Of a stretch of DNA of 64,000 nucleotides, positions 46,887 through 55,688 are shown one piece after another. Below the pieces are notes generated by a model. It was not told where the DNA came from. It worked only from the letters and a program-made list of their open reading frames with translations, and ran no database searches. The position numbers were made by a program, and so were the translations under genes. The stretch's first letter is position 1, and every line of letters starts with the position of its first letter. Location: contig JBFGJH010000007.1 in NCBI GenBank assembly GCA_041577335.1, forward strand, positions 1 to 64,000, given 5' to 3'. The stretch comes from Acidimicrobiia bacterium (GTDB taxonomy: Bacteria; Actinomycetota; Acidimicrobiia; Spongiisociales; JAENVV01).

Positions 46887-47855
46887 ATGGGCGCGATGAG
46901 TGATCGCATCGTCGTGACGCGCCGGCCACCCGGCAGGGCGCTGGCCAACCTCGAAGCAACCGCTGACGTCTTCGTTTGGGCGGAGGATCGCAGCATGCCG
47001 CGCGCTCAGCTTCTCGCCGAGGTCGCCACCGCCGACGGGCTGTACTGCATGTTGACCGATGCCATCGACGCCGACTTGCTCGACGCGGCTCCTCGCCTGC
47101 GGGCGATTTCGACGATGGCGGTAGGCACCGACAACATCGACCTCGCTGCCTGCAGCCAGAGAGGCATCCCGGTTGGCCACACGCCGGACGTTCTGACCGA
47201 GACCACGGCCGACACGGCATTCGGGCTGGTGCTGGTGACCGCGCGCCGTTTCCAGGAGGGCATCGACTACGTGCGTGGGGGCCATTGGACCCGATGGGAG
47301 CCGGAGTTGTTGTGGGGTCACGATGTTCACGGGTCGACACTCGGCATCGTCGGGCTCGGTCGCATCGGCGAGGCGGTTGCCCGGCGAGGGACAGGCTTCG
47401 GCATGCGGATCCTCTACACGGCTCGTAGCCGCCATCCGGCCGCCGAGGCAGATTTGGGAGTCGTGTGGGCCGAGCTTCCCGACTTGCTCGCCGAAGCCGA
47501 CCATGTGGTGGTATCGACGCCCCTCTCGGATGAGACCCACCATCTCATCGACGGGGGGGCATTGCGGCACATGAAGCCGACCGCCACCCTGGTCAATGTC
47601 TCCCGAGGAGGGACCGTGGACCCGGTGGCCCTCTACGAAGCGTTGCGGGATGGCGTCATCGCGGCCGCAGGCCTCGACGTGACCGAGCCCGAGCCGATCT
47701 CACCCTCCGACCCGCTCCTCACCCTCCCCAACTGCACGGTTCTACCGCACCTGGGAAGCTCGAGTTCCGCAACCCGTATCGCCATGGCCGAGTTGGCCGC
47801 CGCCAACCTCCTCGCCGGACTGGCGGGCGAGCCAATGCCCGCACGCGCCCATTAG
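46887..47855 (+). CDS. D-glycerate dehydrogenase / glyoxylate reductase
   Basis: AVGTDNID, LTETTAD, GLGRIG, NVSRG, LDVTEPEP, PHLGS. Confidence 0.92.
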   Translation: MGAMSDRIVVTRRPPGRALANLEATADVFVWAEDRSMPRAQLLAEVATADGLYCMLTDAIDADLLDAAPRLRAISTMAVGTDNIDLAACSQRGIPVGHTPDVLTETTADTAFGLVLVTARRFQEGIDYVRGGHWTRWEPELLWGHDVHGSTLGIVGLGRIGEAVARRGTGFGMRILYTARSRHPAAEADLGVVWAELPDLLAEADHVVVSTPLSDETHHLIDGGALRHMKPTATLVNVSRGGTVDPVALYEALRDGVIAAAGLDVTEPEPISPSDPLLTLPNCTVLPHLGSSSSATRIAMAELAAANLLAGLAGEPMPARAH

Positions 47856-47892
47856 CCCGGGACGCCCGACAAACGCTCACCGGCGTGCCTGA

Positions 47893-48618
47893 TCACTGAT
47901 CCATCGGGCCTGAGTTCGGCGCGCCGGGCTGCATCCACGAGCGGAGCTGTGGTCCATCGACCCACATGAGCACATCGATGATGGACAGGTCCGGGACGAA
48001 CTCGAAGCCTGGAGTCGGGTACCGAGCGTTGAGTGGCTGGTGAAAGCTGAGATGGATGTCGTGCGCCGCGAATTGTGAGGGATCAAACAGATCCCGACCG
48101 CCGGCCGGGTTTCGATACTCCGTCGCTCCCATCTCCTTGGCGATGAATAGCGCCCACTCGCCGGGGCCGCAGTTTGCAGGAAGCTCCAGATCAAGGTCCG
48201 TCAGACGAACGATCTCTGTGGCTACGTCCAAGATCCCACTCACCGCATTGAGCGCCGCTACGTTGAGTCCGACCAGTTGCTCATGATCGGCGGCGACTAC
48301 AGAATTGATCAGCGAGACTGTCTCGTCGAAGTGTGGAGCTCGCCTCTCATAGACCCGGACCTGATCCATCAGCCGTGATCTCCACGGTATGTGATTCGCC
48401 AGGGCGACATCCGAGACCTGCGTCGTGTGGGGTGCCTTGACGACCGGGGCCGTGATATATGCCCACCCCTTATCGCGGTTGAGAATCCGGTTGCGGTTCA
48501 TCCACGTCTTACGACGATACTCCACCGTGTCGAAGACGACCCACCGGTCGCAAGACGCCATGAGCCGGAAATGCTCGAGGTACGGGAAGAAGTAAGGCTG
48601 CATGATTCCGAGCCTCAT
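47893..48618 (-). CDS. WbqC-family protein
   Basis: MQPYFFPY, WMNRNRI, APHF, YRNPAGG..LF, LSIIDVLM. Confidence 0.9.
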   Translation of the reverse strand: MRLGIMQPYFFPYLEHFRLMASCDRWVVFDTVEYRRKTWMNRNRILNRDKGWAYITAPVVKAPHTTQVSDVALANHIPWRSRLMDQVRVYERRAPHFDETVSLINSVVAADHEQLVGLNVAALNAVSGILDVATEIVRLTDLDLELPANCGPGEWALFIAKEMGATEYRNPAGGRDLFDPSQFAAHDIHLSFHQPLNARYPTPGFEFVPDLSIIDVLMWVDGPQLRSWMQPGAPNSGPMDQ

Positions 48619-49424
48619 CTGAGATACTCCGCCAGCGCAGTGCCGTCGAGCGATTCCCTGATTTCTCGTTGGATGGCCGGGTCGATGTTGTCGGCCCATT
48701 GGTCCCGAACGGCTGAGGGATCTTTGAATACCGAATACGCTCCCTCGACATTCACCCCGTGTGAAGAGGACAAGAAGTCGAGCACAGAGTCACTGATCTC
48801 CGAACCCGCGAACTCGAACAAGGACGCCGCCTCTTCGCCTGGCGCGTCGACTAGGTCTTCGTACCGGACCAAACGATATCGAAGGGGCTCAGATCGTTGC
48901 CGGTCGGCGTAGTCGGCCGTGAGGGTGACCCAATCGTCGAATCCCCAATACTCGCCAGGCCCCTCTGACTTTCGACAGGCACCCGACCGCCATTCTGCGC
49001 CGAAGTCAGCACCGGCTGGGAACTCAGGCGATCGCCGCCAGGAATCGAGCGTCGCCATGGGATTACGAACGATGTAGATGCATCGAGCCTTCGGCAGCAC
49101 ATCCATGCCGGCCAGATACACCTCGTGAAATCGAGTGTCCTTTACGGCAAGTCGCTTGTATGAGCCACGTCGATCGAAACGGGGGAGGTTTCCAGCTGCG
49201 CGTTGCCAATCCTGGGTCAGAAACGGATCGTCGCTCTCGACAGCAGCATGCAAGACGTCCGACCAGGTCTGCGCATCAGATTCCTTCGTCAGGCGGTTCT
49301 TCAGGGGATACGAATAGTTCGGCGACAGCCGCACGACGAAGTCTGAGTGGGCTTCGAAGATCTGGGAGAGCCATGTCGTGCCCGAGCGAGGCATCCCAAG
49401 AATGAACAATGGCGAATCGATCAC
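48615..49424 (-). CDS. sulfotransferase
   Basis: 5'-PSB GMPRSGTTW, 3'-PB IVRNP....S, VRYEDLV. Confidence 0.88.
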   Translation of the reverse strand: MIDSPLFILGMPRSGTTWLSQIFEAHSDFVVRLSPNYSYPLKNRLTKESDAQTWSDVLHAAVESDDPFLTQDWQRAAGNLPRFDRRGSYKRLAVKDTRFHEVYLAGMDVLPKARCIYIVRNPMATLDSWRRSPEFPAGADFGAEWRSGACRKSEGPGEYWGFDDWVTLTADYADRQRSEPLRYRLVRYEDLVDAPGEEAASLFEFAGSEISDSVLDFLSSSHGVNVEGAYSVFKDPSAVRDQWADNIDPAIQREIRESLDGTALAEYLR

Positions 49425-49428
49425 GCAA

Positions 49429-50127
49429 TCACGCCTTCTTGAAAACCACGTCGAAGCGGTAGTGAGCGGTGTAGAGCTTCGGGTCCTGGTCGTAGAACAA
49501 GGCTTCGAACCCGCAGGACTGGGCGACGCTGCCCACCTCACTCTTGGTCCACCAAGTTCCGATCTGTTCGATGCCTTCTTTCACCCGTCGCTCATACATT
49601 TGCCACCTGTCGTCCGTGTCGTAGAACGACCGGATTCGGTCACGGTCAGGTAGCGATCCAGCGAAGAATGTGGTGACTTCGCTGCGTGTGCGCAACCAAC
49701 CGAGCAGAGCTGCCAGATCTGGCCGTACGAGATGTTGGAGCACCTCGTACGAATAGGCCTTTGCCACGTCGAGGTTCCCGAGCGTGGTCGGCTGAGTCAG
49801 GTCACCGACACGGTATGTGACATTGTCGGCTGTGCGGTACTGACCGGCGTCGGCGATCAGCACAGGCGACACATCGATCCCAACCAGCGCTTTGACGTTT
49901 GCAGCAACGCGGTCGGTGATCAGCCCGTTCCCGCATCCGAGGTCAACTACTGCATCAGTGCTCGAGAGATCGAGCTGCTCCACAATCGTCCGCACGATCA
50001 GATCGAGGTGCTCTCGATGAACCGGAGCTCCCAACGTGGTCTTGCCTACCTGCCGCATCGCTTCGTCGGTGGAGTCGCTCTCGGCAGGCGCCACGTTCTT
50101 CCAATAGTCAGTCCAGTTGCGAGGCAT
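49429..50127 (-). CDS. class I SAM-dependent methyltransferase
   Basis: VVDLGCGNG, GIDVS, VLQHL. Confidence 0.88.
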   Translation of the reverse strand: MPRNWTDYWKNVAPAESDSTDEAMRQVGKTTLGAPVHREHLDLIVRTIVEQLDLSSTDAVVDLGCGNGLITDRVAANVKALVGIDVSPVLIADAGQYRTADNVTYRVGDLTQPTTLGNLDVAKAYSYEVLQHLVRPDLAALLGWLRTRSEVTTFFAGSLPDRDRIRSFYDTDDRWQMYERRVKEGIEQIGTWWTKSEVGSVAQSCGFEALFYDQDPKLYTAHYRFDVVFKKA

Positions 50128-50133
50128 GGCCAG

Positions 50134-52035
50134 TCATCCATTCCCGGCGAGCGCGCCGAGCGTGACAAGTAGGTCGTGCTCAGCGATTCGCGCCACGTCC
50201 GGGTGGGCGGGGATGTTGACGATGCGGGCATAGATGTCGCGGGCGTTCGAGGTCGCCGCCAGAGGTTGGTAGTACTTGCCCAGGACCAGATGCGGATTGC
50301 CAAGCGACTCAACCGGGATCGCTTGGGTTGCGAGAAACGGAAGGCTGGTAGCCGCGTGCACCTTCTCCCAGTCGAACAACGGGCGGAGGCCGGCTCGTTC
50401 GGCGATCATGCGGATGCGGATCGCCTGCATCTCGTAGAAGCCGGTCCACTCAGGGGCTCGCTCGAGTCGGTCCAAGTGATACGCACAGGCTGCCTCGGAC
50501 AGCTTGCCATTGCCGACCCAGGCGCCCGCCGGCGTTCGATCCAACGAACCGTAGGTGATCAGCTCGGCGAACGTGTCAACGTCCTCAGCCGGGACTACGG
50601 CGAGTCCGCCCTCTCCGAACCCATAGGGTTTCGTGTGGTGGAGGCTGAAAGCTTGGTACGGCCATGTCGCCAACGCCGGTCGGACACCAGCAGCGTTGTC
50701 GATGATCATTGCCATGCCGGTTTCTCGAACGAAGTCGACATAGGGGTCGAAATCCGTCCACAGGCCGAAGATGTTCGTCACGACGATCCCGTCGATAGGA
50801 CGATGGGCCATTCGGTCCCTCACTGCGGTGAGACTGAGCATTCCATCATCGCTGCAATCCACGATCTCGGAATTGGCGAAGTAGCCGCGCCCCTGGTTCC
50901 GGAAAGTGAACGAGCTCACTGCCCATCGGACAGACTGCTCGCGCTTGATGCTCTGGAGCCGGGCGAGAGCTTCGAGCGCAACGCCACCGTTGGAGCACGG
51001 GACGATTGCGTTGTCAGGAGGGACGCTCATGTAACGCTGGTAGGCCGTGCCGAGAATTCTCCATAGCGGACCACTGTTCGCCCAGTGATTCACCCTCGCG
51101 CTCGCCTGCAAGAGCTCGCGCACTCGAGAATGATCGGGAGGTTCGGACGCCACGAATGGTACTGGCGAGGCATCCACCTCGATTTGCAGAACTTCCTGCA
51201 GCAAGCCATCGACGAGCGGCAGCCGTGCTTGCTCGGGAAGCTGAGCAGTCGGAACGAGCTGGTTGTAGAAGCGCACGATGTCGCGCCGATGAGCCTTGCC
51301 CCATGGACGCCAAAGAATGTCCTCAGGCGCAACAATGCTCAGAGCTAGCCCGGCATCGATCCAGCGGACGTGTGGGAATCTCGGCCGCAGCCGGAGCATC
51401 CAGTACGGCGCAAGCGTTCCTGATTGGAACAGGACAACGGGCTGGGGGCCTGCCTGTCCGATCAAGTCGACGATGCGGTCTTCCGTTTCCTGCCGGGCCT
51501 TACGAGCCGCCGAGGGGTGGATCGACACGTGTACTCCGGACAGTCCGGTGACGTCGAAGAATGGCGAAAGGAGCGGTGGTCCCACCACGATCACGAAGTG
51601 CTCGGCAAGCTGTTGGAACAAGCGTTCGAACGTTCCGTCGGCAACCGCCCGCTTGAGCAACAACCCGTCGGCTGAGCGAGTGCGTTCGGTGTGAAAACGC
51701 TCCAGCAACGGGAAGGACCGCTCAGGTCGAAATGGGGTGCCGATGATGCGGTTGTCTTCCGGCCAGGCTGTCAGCTCAAACGCCAGTGTCAACGCTGGAT
51801 CATCCTCTTCGGTCGCAGCATTGAGCAGGGCGACGAGCTCATCGACAAACCCGCCGACGAAGAAGTCCGCTCGGCGTGAGATGACGTCGGCGCGATCTCG
51901 ATCCTCGACGGAGATGGGCCATCCGAGCTCGTGCTCGACATCACCCAGCGCCTCCCAGAACCCGTGATTGATCTTGGACCATCCGAAGTTCGAGTAACGC
52001 TGGAAGTCGTCCAGAAAGGCGCCGATGTCATTCAT
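50134..52035 (-). CDS. fusion of a GT-D-like/unknown N-terminal domain and a DegT/DnrJ PLP-dependent sugar aminotransferase
   Basis: C-half: CSNGGVAL, IIDNAAG, SLHHTKPYGFGEGG (PLP Lys), NGKLSE, IPAHP. N-half: IVVGP, VVLFQSG, WIDAG. Confidence 0.75.
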   Translation of the reverse strand: MNDIGAFLDDFQRYSNFGWSKINHGFWEALGDVEHELGWPISVEDRDRADVISRRADFFVGGFVDELVALLNAATEEDDPALTLAFELTAWPEDNRIIGTPFRPERSFPLLERFHTERTRSADGLLLKRAVADGTFERLFQQLAEHFVIVVGPPLLSPFFDVTGLSGVHVSIHPSAARKARQETEDRIVDLIGQAGPQPVVLFQSGTLAPYWMLRLRPRFPHVRWIDAGLALSIVAPEDILWRPWGKAHRRDIVRFYNQLVPTAQLPEQARLPLVDGLLQEVLQIEVDASPVPFVASEPPDHSRVRELLQASARVNHWANSGPLWRILGTAYQRYMSVPPDNAIVPCSNGGVALEALARLQSIKREQSVRWAVSSFTFRNQGRGYFANSEIVDCSDDGMLSLTAVRDRMAHRPIDGIVVTNIFGLWTDFDPYVDFVRETGMAMIIDNAAGVRPALATWPYQAFSLHHTKPYGFGEGGLAVVPAEDVDTFAELITYGSLDRTPAGAWVGNGKLSEAACAYHLDRLERAPEWTGFYEMQAIRIRMIAERAGLRPLFDWEKVHAATSLPFLATQAIPVESLGNPHLVLGKYYQPLAATSNARDIYARIVNIPAHPDVARIAEHDLLVTLGALAGNG

Positions 52036-52219
52036 CGAGTTCGCGAGGGTACCAGCACACCTGCATCCCGTACCGGTCGCCGCTTCTTGGCAACGAGCGC
52101 CGGTCGTCGGTTGGAACACCGCAGGTGTCATCGTCGCCGCCGCCCCAACTTCTTCTCGGCCTCCCCGGGCGGGTTGGGTGCCGTAGGTAGGGTGTCCGCT
52201 AAGCCTGGTCAGGAGTCTC

Positions 52220-53470
52220 ATGGGTGCCATCGCGGTCATTGCGGTCATCGTTTTTTCGTATGCCCTGTTTTCGGAACGTCTGGCCATGACTTCGCTCACG
52301 GCTCCGATGGCGTTCACAGCGGCGGGCGTTGCAATTGGCTCGTATGGCTTGGGATTCGTCGACCAGGTCGACCTCGAGGTGGGGGTGATCGGGATCCTCG
52401 CCGAGGCCACTCTGACACTTCTCCTGTTCACCGACGCCATTCGCATCGACCTGAGACGTCTGAAAGCGACCGCCCAGCTGCCCGTGCGCCTTCTCGTGGT
52501 GGGCCTTCCTCTGACGTTGCTCTTGGGCACCCTGTTGGCCTGGTGGCTCTTCGGAGGGCTCGGCCTTGCCGGGGCATTTGCACTGGCGGCGATCCTCACC
52601 CCGACCGACGCTGCTCTCGGCAAGGCAGTTGTCAACAATCAGCAGGTTCCGGTCCGGGTTCGCCAGACGATCAACGTGGAAAGCGGCCTCAACGACGGCC
52701 TCATGTTGCCCATCGTCACGGCAGCGATCGCTCTCGTGGCCACCGCCGAAAGGCTGGGGACCGCTGGCGAGTTGGCGATCTTCGCCGTCAAACAAGTTGG
52801 TTTCGGGCTCCTTGGAGGGGCGGTCGTGGGACTGGCGGGCGGTTTCTTGCTCGACCGGTTCGCTCAGCGAGGTTTCATCGAGGGGGCGTTCCGCCAACTC
52901 GCCACCCTGGCCATCGGAGTGGGCGCCTTCGCGACCGCCGAGATAATCGGCGGCAATGGCTTCGTTGCCGCATTCGTCGCCGGGCTGGCCTTCGGCGCCG
53001 TAGCACGCGAGCACTGTGCGAGTGCCTATGACTTCGCCGAAGACGAGGGCGAGCTGCTGGCGCTTCTCACCTTCCTGGCGTTCGGAGCCACCGTCGTCGG
53101 CCCGGCAGTCGCAGAGGCTTCGCTTCGAACCGTCGTCTATGCGCTGGCGAGTCTCACCGTCGTGCGAATGATTCCGGTTTTCATTGCTCTGTTGGGGACG
53201 AGGCTGAAACGGCCGACCATCGCCTACATCGACTGGTTCGGGCCGCGCGGCTTGGCTTCGATCCTCTTTGGCGTTTTTCTCATCGAAGAGACCGGCGACG
53301 GCTTGTCGGGAGAGATCTTCTCAACTGTGGTCGTCACGGTTGTATTGAGCATGCTCCTGCACGGGGCCACAGCCGCACCCCTCTCGCTGCGATACGCCGC
53401 GTGGTTCAATCGATCCGGAAGACCTGAGATGGAAGATGCTCCCATGCCCGAGTTGCCTATTCGCGGCTGA
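52220..53470 (+). CDS. cation:proton antiporter (CPA1/NhaP-type)
   Basis: About 12 TM segments, LFTDA, PTDAALG, ESGLNDG, WFGPRGLAS. Confidence 0.92.
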   Translation: MGAIAVIAVIVFSYALFSERLAMTSLTAPMAFTAAGVAIGSYGLGFVDQVDLEVGVIGILAEATLTLLLFTDAIRIDLRRLKATAQLPVRLLVVGLPLTLLLGTLLAWWLFGGLGLAGAFALAAILTPTDAALGKAVVNNQQVPVRVRQTINVESGLNDGLMLPIVTAAIALVATAERLGTAGELAIFAVKQVGFGLLGGAVVGLAGGFLLDRFAQRGFIEGAFRQLATLAIGVGAFATAEIIGGNGFVAAFVAGLAFGAVAREHCASAYDFAEDEGELLALLTFLAFGATVVGPAVAEASLRTVVYALASLTVVRMIPVFIALLGTRLKRPTIAYIDWFGPRGLASILFGVFLIEETGDGLSGEIFSTVVVTVVLSMLLHGATAAPLSLRYAAWFNRSGRPEMEDAPMPELPIRG

Positions 53471-53508
53471 GCGCGCCCGTCTCCCCCAGCGTGATGAAGA
53501 TCACGCGG

Positions 53509-54591
53509 TCAGCGAATCACCAGCTCAGGGTGAGTGCGCACGCGGGGCCTCAGCTCGATGACCTTTTCGGCGAGCTCGCGGAAGGCGATCGCAACATCAC
53601 TGTCCGGCGCCACGACGGCCACCGGCTTGCCGCTGTCGGCCCCTTCCCGCATGGCGGGCAAGAGCGGTATCTGCGCGGCCAGGGGAACATCGAGGTCGGC
53701 GGCAAGGGCTGCTCCGCCGCCGCTCCCGAAGATCTCGTAGCGCTTTCCATCGTCGCCGGTGAACCATGCCATGTTCTCGACGACCGCCATCACCTCTTGG
53801 TTCACCTGAGCTGCCATGAGCGCGGCGCGTTTGGCCACCCGCTGAGCGGTTGCTTGCGGCGTCGTGACCACCAAGATCTGGGCACGAGGGAGAAACTGGG
53901 ACAACGAGATGGCGATGTCCCCCGTCCCCGGAGGCATGTCGATCAGCAGGAAATCGGGCTCATCCCAGAACACATCCGTGAGGAACTGTTCAATTGCCTT
54001 GTGGAGCATCGGTCCCCGCCAGATCACAGCCTGTTCGTCGCCGACGAACCAATCCATCGACATCACCTTCACACCAAACGCCTCCGGCGGGATGATGGAC
54101 TCATGGATGACAGCAGGAGCAGGGCCCGCCCCCATCATCTTGGGGATCGAAAAGCCCCACACGTCGGCATCGATCACACCGACCGACCTACCCATCGCCG
54201 CCAGTGTCACTGCCAGGTTCGAAGTGACGGACGACTTGCCAACGCCGCCTTTTCCACTGGCGATACCGATGACGCGGGTCCGGGTGGGGCCCTGGCCGAT
54301 CACCGCCTTTTCGGGCACCAGGCGGGCCATCATTTGTTCACGTTCGTCATCACTCATGAGGTCGAAGGTGATGGCTACGCTTTTTGCATGCGGTGCGAGG
54401 GCTTCAACGACCCGCTGCTCCAGCTCTTCGCGGGAGGGATGGGCGGGAAGGGGGGAGGCCAACACGACCTCGACCGACTTGCGGAAGCCGATGCGCACGT
54501 CGCGCACAACCTCCAGGTCTGCCAACGTTCGATGCAGCAGCGGATCCTGGATCGCATCGATCACCGTCCGGATGTCTTCGACTTCGGCCAT
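53509..54591 (-). CDS. mrp: Mrp/NBP35 (ApbC) ATP-binding protein
   Basis: N-terminal DP...L domain, SGKGGVGKS, DADVWG, WRGPML, DMPPGTGD, VTTPQ, ENM. Confidence 0.95.
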   Translation of the reverse strand: MAEVEDIRTVIDAIQDPLLHRTLADLEVVRDVRIGFRKSVEVVLASPLPAHPSREELEQRVVEALAPHAKSVAITFDLMSDDEREQMMARLVPEKAVIGQGPTRTRVIGIASGKGGVGKSSVTSNLAVTLAAMGRSVGVIDADVWGFSIPKMMGAGPAPAVIHESIIPPEAFGVKVMSMDWFVGDEQAVIWRGPMLHKAIEQFLTDVFWDEPDFLLIDMPPGTGDIAISLSQFLPRAQILVVTTPQATAQRVAKRAALMAAQVNQEVMAVVENMAWFTGDDGKRYEIFGSGGGAALAADLDVPLAAQIPLLPAMREGADSGKPVAVVAPDSDVAIAFRELAEKVIELRPRVRTHPELVIR

Positions 54592-54814
54592 CGTCAGGAA
54601 ACCTCGAGTTCGCGTACGCGGCAACTTACCGGGCCGCACCATTAATGGGAATCTCACTGCCATGCTGTCGCAGCACTCGCCGCCCTACCTCGCTACGAGG
54701 AGCGGGCAGGCAGGTTGGTCGTCACCGACGGCTTCATCCTCGATATCAACGAGTTCGGGAGAGTTCGGTAGTGAATTTCCCGGTCGCCATCCTCTACACG
54801 GCCACAATGGCAGC

Positions 54815-55669
54815 GTGAAGCTCTGGGCGTTCGTCAAGCTGAGCCGGCTGCACTTTCTGGTGGGTGGCGCCGTCCTCTATGGCCTCGGGGCAGTAACCGT
54901 GCCAGGTGCCGGACCGGGGCTCTACCTCCTCGGGCAGGCCTTGGTGTCGGCGGCGCAGCTGACTGCCCACTATGTCAACGAATACGCCGATTTCGAAGCT
55001 GACCGAGGCGTGTTCAATCGAACGATATTCAGCGGTGGCAGCGGTGTGCTCGCCTCGGGCGCGCTGCATCGGAGGGTCGCCCTTCGCGCTGCCATTGTGA
55101 CGAGCGCCAGCACCCTCGTTTTGGCAGCATTGGTCGCACCTTCTTCGAGGACGGCTGCGATTCTGGGATTGCTCGCTCTGGCGTCTGCTTGGGGATACTC
55201 CATGCCGCCGCTTCGGATCCTCAACACGGGTTGGGGTGAAGTCGTGGCATCCCTGGTTGTTGCTGTGCTCGTGCCCGTGACCGGAGCAGCCGTCAACGGG
55301 GGTACCGTGACGACGCCGCTGGCTTGGACAGTTGTCAGCCTCTTCTTCATCCACATGGCGATGCTCCTCGCCTTCGAGCTCCCCGACCTCGACAGTGACG
55401 CCGAGGCTGCCAAGACCGTGCTGGCCGTTCGGCTGGGCCGGACACGCACGAGGCAGGTGATGGTCGCGGCAATCTGTGCGGCCGGGGTACTCAGTGTTTT
55501 GGCCATCGCCAGAGGGTCCACCAGCTTCTGGCCGACGGCGCTGAGCATCCTCCCAGCGGCCGTTACGGTCATCTCCGCGTACCAGGATGCTTATCGGTAT
55601 TTAACGATGGCTGCCGTGACAACACTCATGACATTCGCGGTAGCCAGTCTCATTACACTCGCCCCATAG
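54815..55669 (+). CDS. UbiA/MenA-family prenyltransferase
   Basis: [29 protein letters not shown]...KT.LAVRLG; multi-TM. Confidence 0.85.
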   Translation: MKLWAFVKLSRLHFLVGGAVLYGLGAVTVPGAGPGLYLLGQALVSAAQLTAHYVNEYADFEADRGVFNRTIFSGGSGVLASGALHRRVALRAAIVTSASTLVLAALVAPSSRTAAILGLLALASAWGYSMPPLRILNTGWGEVVASLVVAVLVPVTGAAVNGGTVTTPLAWTVVSLFFIHMAMLLAFELPDLDSDAEAAKTVLAVRLGRTRTRQVMVAAICAAGVLSVLAIARGSTSFWPTALSILPAAVTVISAYQDAYRYLTMAAVTTLMTFAVASLITLAP

Positions 55670-55688
55670 AAACGAAATGAGGCCACAA

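Noticed and set aside
52036..52638. N-terminal extension of the 834-aa DegT ORF
   Set aside because: Overlaps the antiporter gene on the opposite strand and has non-protein-like composition; start placed at 52035.
53509..54591. Mrp lacking the C-terminal CxxC motif
   Set aside because: Loss of this motif is common in actinobacterial Mrp proteins, so it is not novel.
53864..54814. N-terminal extension of the 601-aa prenyltransferase ORF
   Set aside because: Antisense to mrp; the recognisable UbiA-family sequence starts at GTG 54815.
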